Below are positions 61,898 through 64,000 of a DNA stretch of 64,000 bases, piece by piece. The notes beneath the pieces are model-generated. The model was not told where the DNA came from and did not search any database. It saw nothing but the letters and a program-made list of their open reading frames with translations. The stretch's first letter is position 1. Each line of letters begins with the position of its first letter. Source of the stretch: a virus; IMG/VR virus record IMGVR_UViG_3300042455_000321, positions 1 to 64,000 of that record; one strand, 5' to 3'. A program made the position numbers and the translations under genes.

Positions 61898-64000
61898 TTA
61901 ATCTACTTGATTTACTGTTAATATAGCTGATGCTGCACTTGGTGGTGGAGAACCTGCTGGATAGTATTCTATTGATACTCTTGTGTGGTCTGAAGTTGAC
62001 CATACCAATTGATAAAAATCTCCTGGTGCTGCTTCTACAAAGTAATTCCAAGCTGCTATGATTGTACCTGGTGTACCTCCGTGAGAGTTAGGTACTGATA
62101 CAAAACCAGCTGTTGCAGGAATGTCATCAGAAGTAGTATTACCATTCTTTCTTAACCAAATTGTAACATCTTTTATTTGTCCGTCTGTATTTTGCAATTG
62201 TAAGCTGAATTGGATATTATAGAAACCACCATTGCTCATTAAGATATAAGTACGGTCTCCAAATGGGTCAGCTACTACACTTATTCCGTGACCACTAATA
62301 TCTGGTGTCGTAAACTTAACCCCATAGCCTGTATTGCTAGAAGCAGCTGTTTGAGTTGTATCTTCTTGGAAAGCACCAAATGATTTAGTTGTAGGTGATG
62401 GTATTGCTTGGGTTGATAAAGTACCTGCGCTATCTGCTACCACCATTCTAGTTCCAGAACCAGCTAATGTATTAGCTTGAACATTACCTGAAGCATATAC
62501 CTTTAATAGATTATCATTACCATAGAAACCTAAACCTAAATAATTGCTAGAACTAAAATCAGATGAATGATTGTATATAATTGTTGCACTATTGTTATTG
62601 GAATTAGCTTTTCCTAGTAAGTAAGCTAATGATGTACCAGAAGATAAATCGCTTTTTAATGCATTTATAGCCCAAGAATAATAGTCAAAAAATGCAACAC
62701 TATTAGCACCACTTGTAAATCTAACTGTTCCATTAACATCTAATTTGTACCCAGCGTCTGTTGATGTACCTATTAGTACATTACCAGTTCCTGCTATTCT
62801 AACTTTTTCTACATCATAAGGAGCAAAAGTAAATGCACTTCCTCTAAATTGAAATATTTTATAAGCACTTGTATCTCTATTAAATGCTAACTGATAAACA
62901 TAATCTGCATCTGTATTTAATTCCCAAGAAGTAGATACTTCTTTAACTGTTAATCTACCTACAGCGCTTGCTGTTCCTATGCCTACATTGCCATTAGAGT
63001 TGATACGCATACGCTCAACTCCACCACCTGCATTAAATGTTATTTTACCTCCCCCATAATTTTGTGTTATAGAAAGGATTTCATTACCAGCATCTTGTTG
63101 AATTGACGCTTGACCACCAATGCCTAAATTAGTTACATATGTAGAAGGATAACTTACAGAAAATCTTTGATAATTAGAGGTAAATACTTCTAATTGTCCA
63201 TTAGGACTTGTTGTACCAATTCCTACACCCCAAGATGAACCTTGAGTTATACTTAATTTATTAATACCATAATTAGAATCATAAATGTGATAATTATAAC
63301 TACCACCAAGCATACCAGAATACCAATATGTGTTAAAACCTTCTCTATAGTTAATAGCAGTCGCATAACCACTTCCCCCTCTTTCTATAGTGTATACCGC
63401 TTGACCTGCACTATATAATCTAGCATCAGCACCATTAACATCTAATTTGTAACCAGCGTCTGTAGTGGTATTTATAAGTACATTTCCAGAATTTGCTACA
63501 GCAAATGGATACGTTCCTTGTGTTATATTATTAATTTGTAAAGTACCACCAGCTGAACTATATATTGCATATTTGTTTCCTGTAGATGTAGAATTTAAAT
63601 ATATAGAAGCTATATTACTATTTGCAATACTCAAAGTAGTTTCTGTTCCTGATACTGCATTAAATCCGCCTGAAGCACCTATACCTACATTACCACTCGT
63701 AGTTATACGCATTCTTTCTGTAGGAATAAAATTTGTATTTGGCGTTAAACCGCTGTCGGTATAAAATCTCATTACACCTCCATCTAAATTAATATTAGTA
63801 GCAGTAGTTTTATCACTATACCAATATCCAGAATTATTGTAATAAGATTCACCAGCAATATACTTAGAACCACCTGCTTGGATAGAACCTATATATATAC
63901 CACTTCCATCTGCATAATCTTTAAATTTAGCATTCCAAAAAGGAGAAGGAGTCATACCTATAGTTAAAGAACCACTAATTGTACCTTGACCATTTACTTG
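61898..64000 (-). CDS. Tail fibre protein, 5'-truncated by window end
   Basis: ERMRI...GNVGIG repeats; frame stays open from 63955 to 64000. Confidence 0.8.
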   Translation of the reverse strand, partial: QVNGQGTISGSLTIGMTPSPFWNAKFKDYADGSGIYIGSIQAGGSKYIAGESYYNNSGYWYSDKTTATNINLDGGVMRFYTDSGLTPNTNFIPTERMRITTSGNVGIGASGGFNAVSGTETTLSIANSNIASIYLNSTSTGNKYAIYSSAGGTLQINNITQGTYPFAVANSGNVLINTTTDAGYKLDVNGADARLYSAGQAVYTIERGGSGYATAINYREGFNTYWYSGMLGGSYNYHIYDSNYGINKLSITQGSSWGVGIGTTSPNGQLEVFTSNYQRFSVSYPSTYVTNLGIGGQASIQQDAGNEILSITQNYGGGKITFNAGGGVERMRINSNGNVGIGTASAVGRLTVKEVSTSWELNTDADYVYQLAFNRDTSAYKIFQFRGSAFTFAPYDVEKVRIAGTGNVLIGTSTDAGYKLDVNGTVRFTSGANSVAFFDYYSWAINALKSDLSSGTSLAYLLGKANSNNNSATIIYNHSSDFSSSNYLGLGFYGNDNLLKVYASGNVQANTLAGSGTRMVVADSAGTLSTQAIPSPTTKSFGAFQEDTTQTAASSNTGYGVKFTTPDISGHGISVVADPFGDRTYILMSNGGFYNIQFSLQLQNTDGQIKDVTIWLRKNGNTTSDDIPATAGFVSVPNSHGGTPGTIIAAWNYFVEAAPGDFYQLVWSTSDHTRVSIEYYPAGSPPPSAASAILTVNQVD

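Larger units (their letters stand above)
33543..64000. mobile_element. Phage B: partial podovirus-like Bacteroidota phage genome
   Basis: Second independent set of ERF, exonuclease, SSB, phosphoesterase and DnaA-C genes. Also primase-helicase, sigma factor, giant Cys-poor cargo proteins, tail nozzle and fibre genes. Different tetranucleotide usage from phage A. Confidence 0.8.

Noticed and set aside
1900-63764. Numerous short antisense or alternate-frame ORFs in the track (e.g. 14163-14480, 20156-20500, 48692-49033, 56126-56398)
   Set aside because: Fully overlap well-supported genes, have no motifs and run against operon direction.
33543-64000. Stop-codon reassignment
   Set aside because: Long genes are intact under the standard code and no suppressor tRNA is present.

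Overview
The window appears to hold two different Bacteroidota (Flavobacteria-like) phage genomes joined end to end. Phage A (1-33383, all genes on +) is an apparently complete circular ~33.4 kb siphovirus with replication initiator, terminase, portal, protease, capsid, tail, head-spike and lysis genes, four homing endonucleases, ERF/YqaJ and no integrase. It closes on a 159-bp repeat (1-159 = 33384-33542) whose only mismatch is at base 128, which suggests a k=127 assembly junction through a small gene shared by both phages. Phage B (33543-64000, partial) is podovirus-like. It has a sigma70-family factor, ERF/exonuclease, an ncRNA cluster, an AEP primase-helicase, four putative ejected cargo proteins with a ferritin gene among them, and a convergent minus-strand tail operon. 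Best leads: (i) three tRNA-shaped RNAs that all have non-decoding anticodon arms, interleaved with other structured RNAs and a mini membrane ORF; (ii) ~3,750 aa of cargo proteins with only two cysteines, placed tail-to-head on consecutive giant proteins; (iii) 24-25 bp intergenic linker repeats that bracket the gene shared by the two phages; (iv) a kissing-loop terminator in front of the phage A replication gene; (v) a 57-nt perfect mini-cloverleaf; (vi) a 15-bp phage B late-promoter motif. All calls come from reading motifs by eye; no database search was run.
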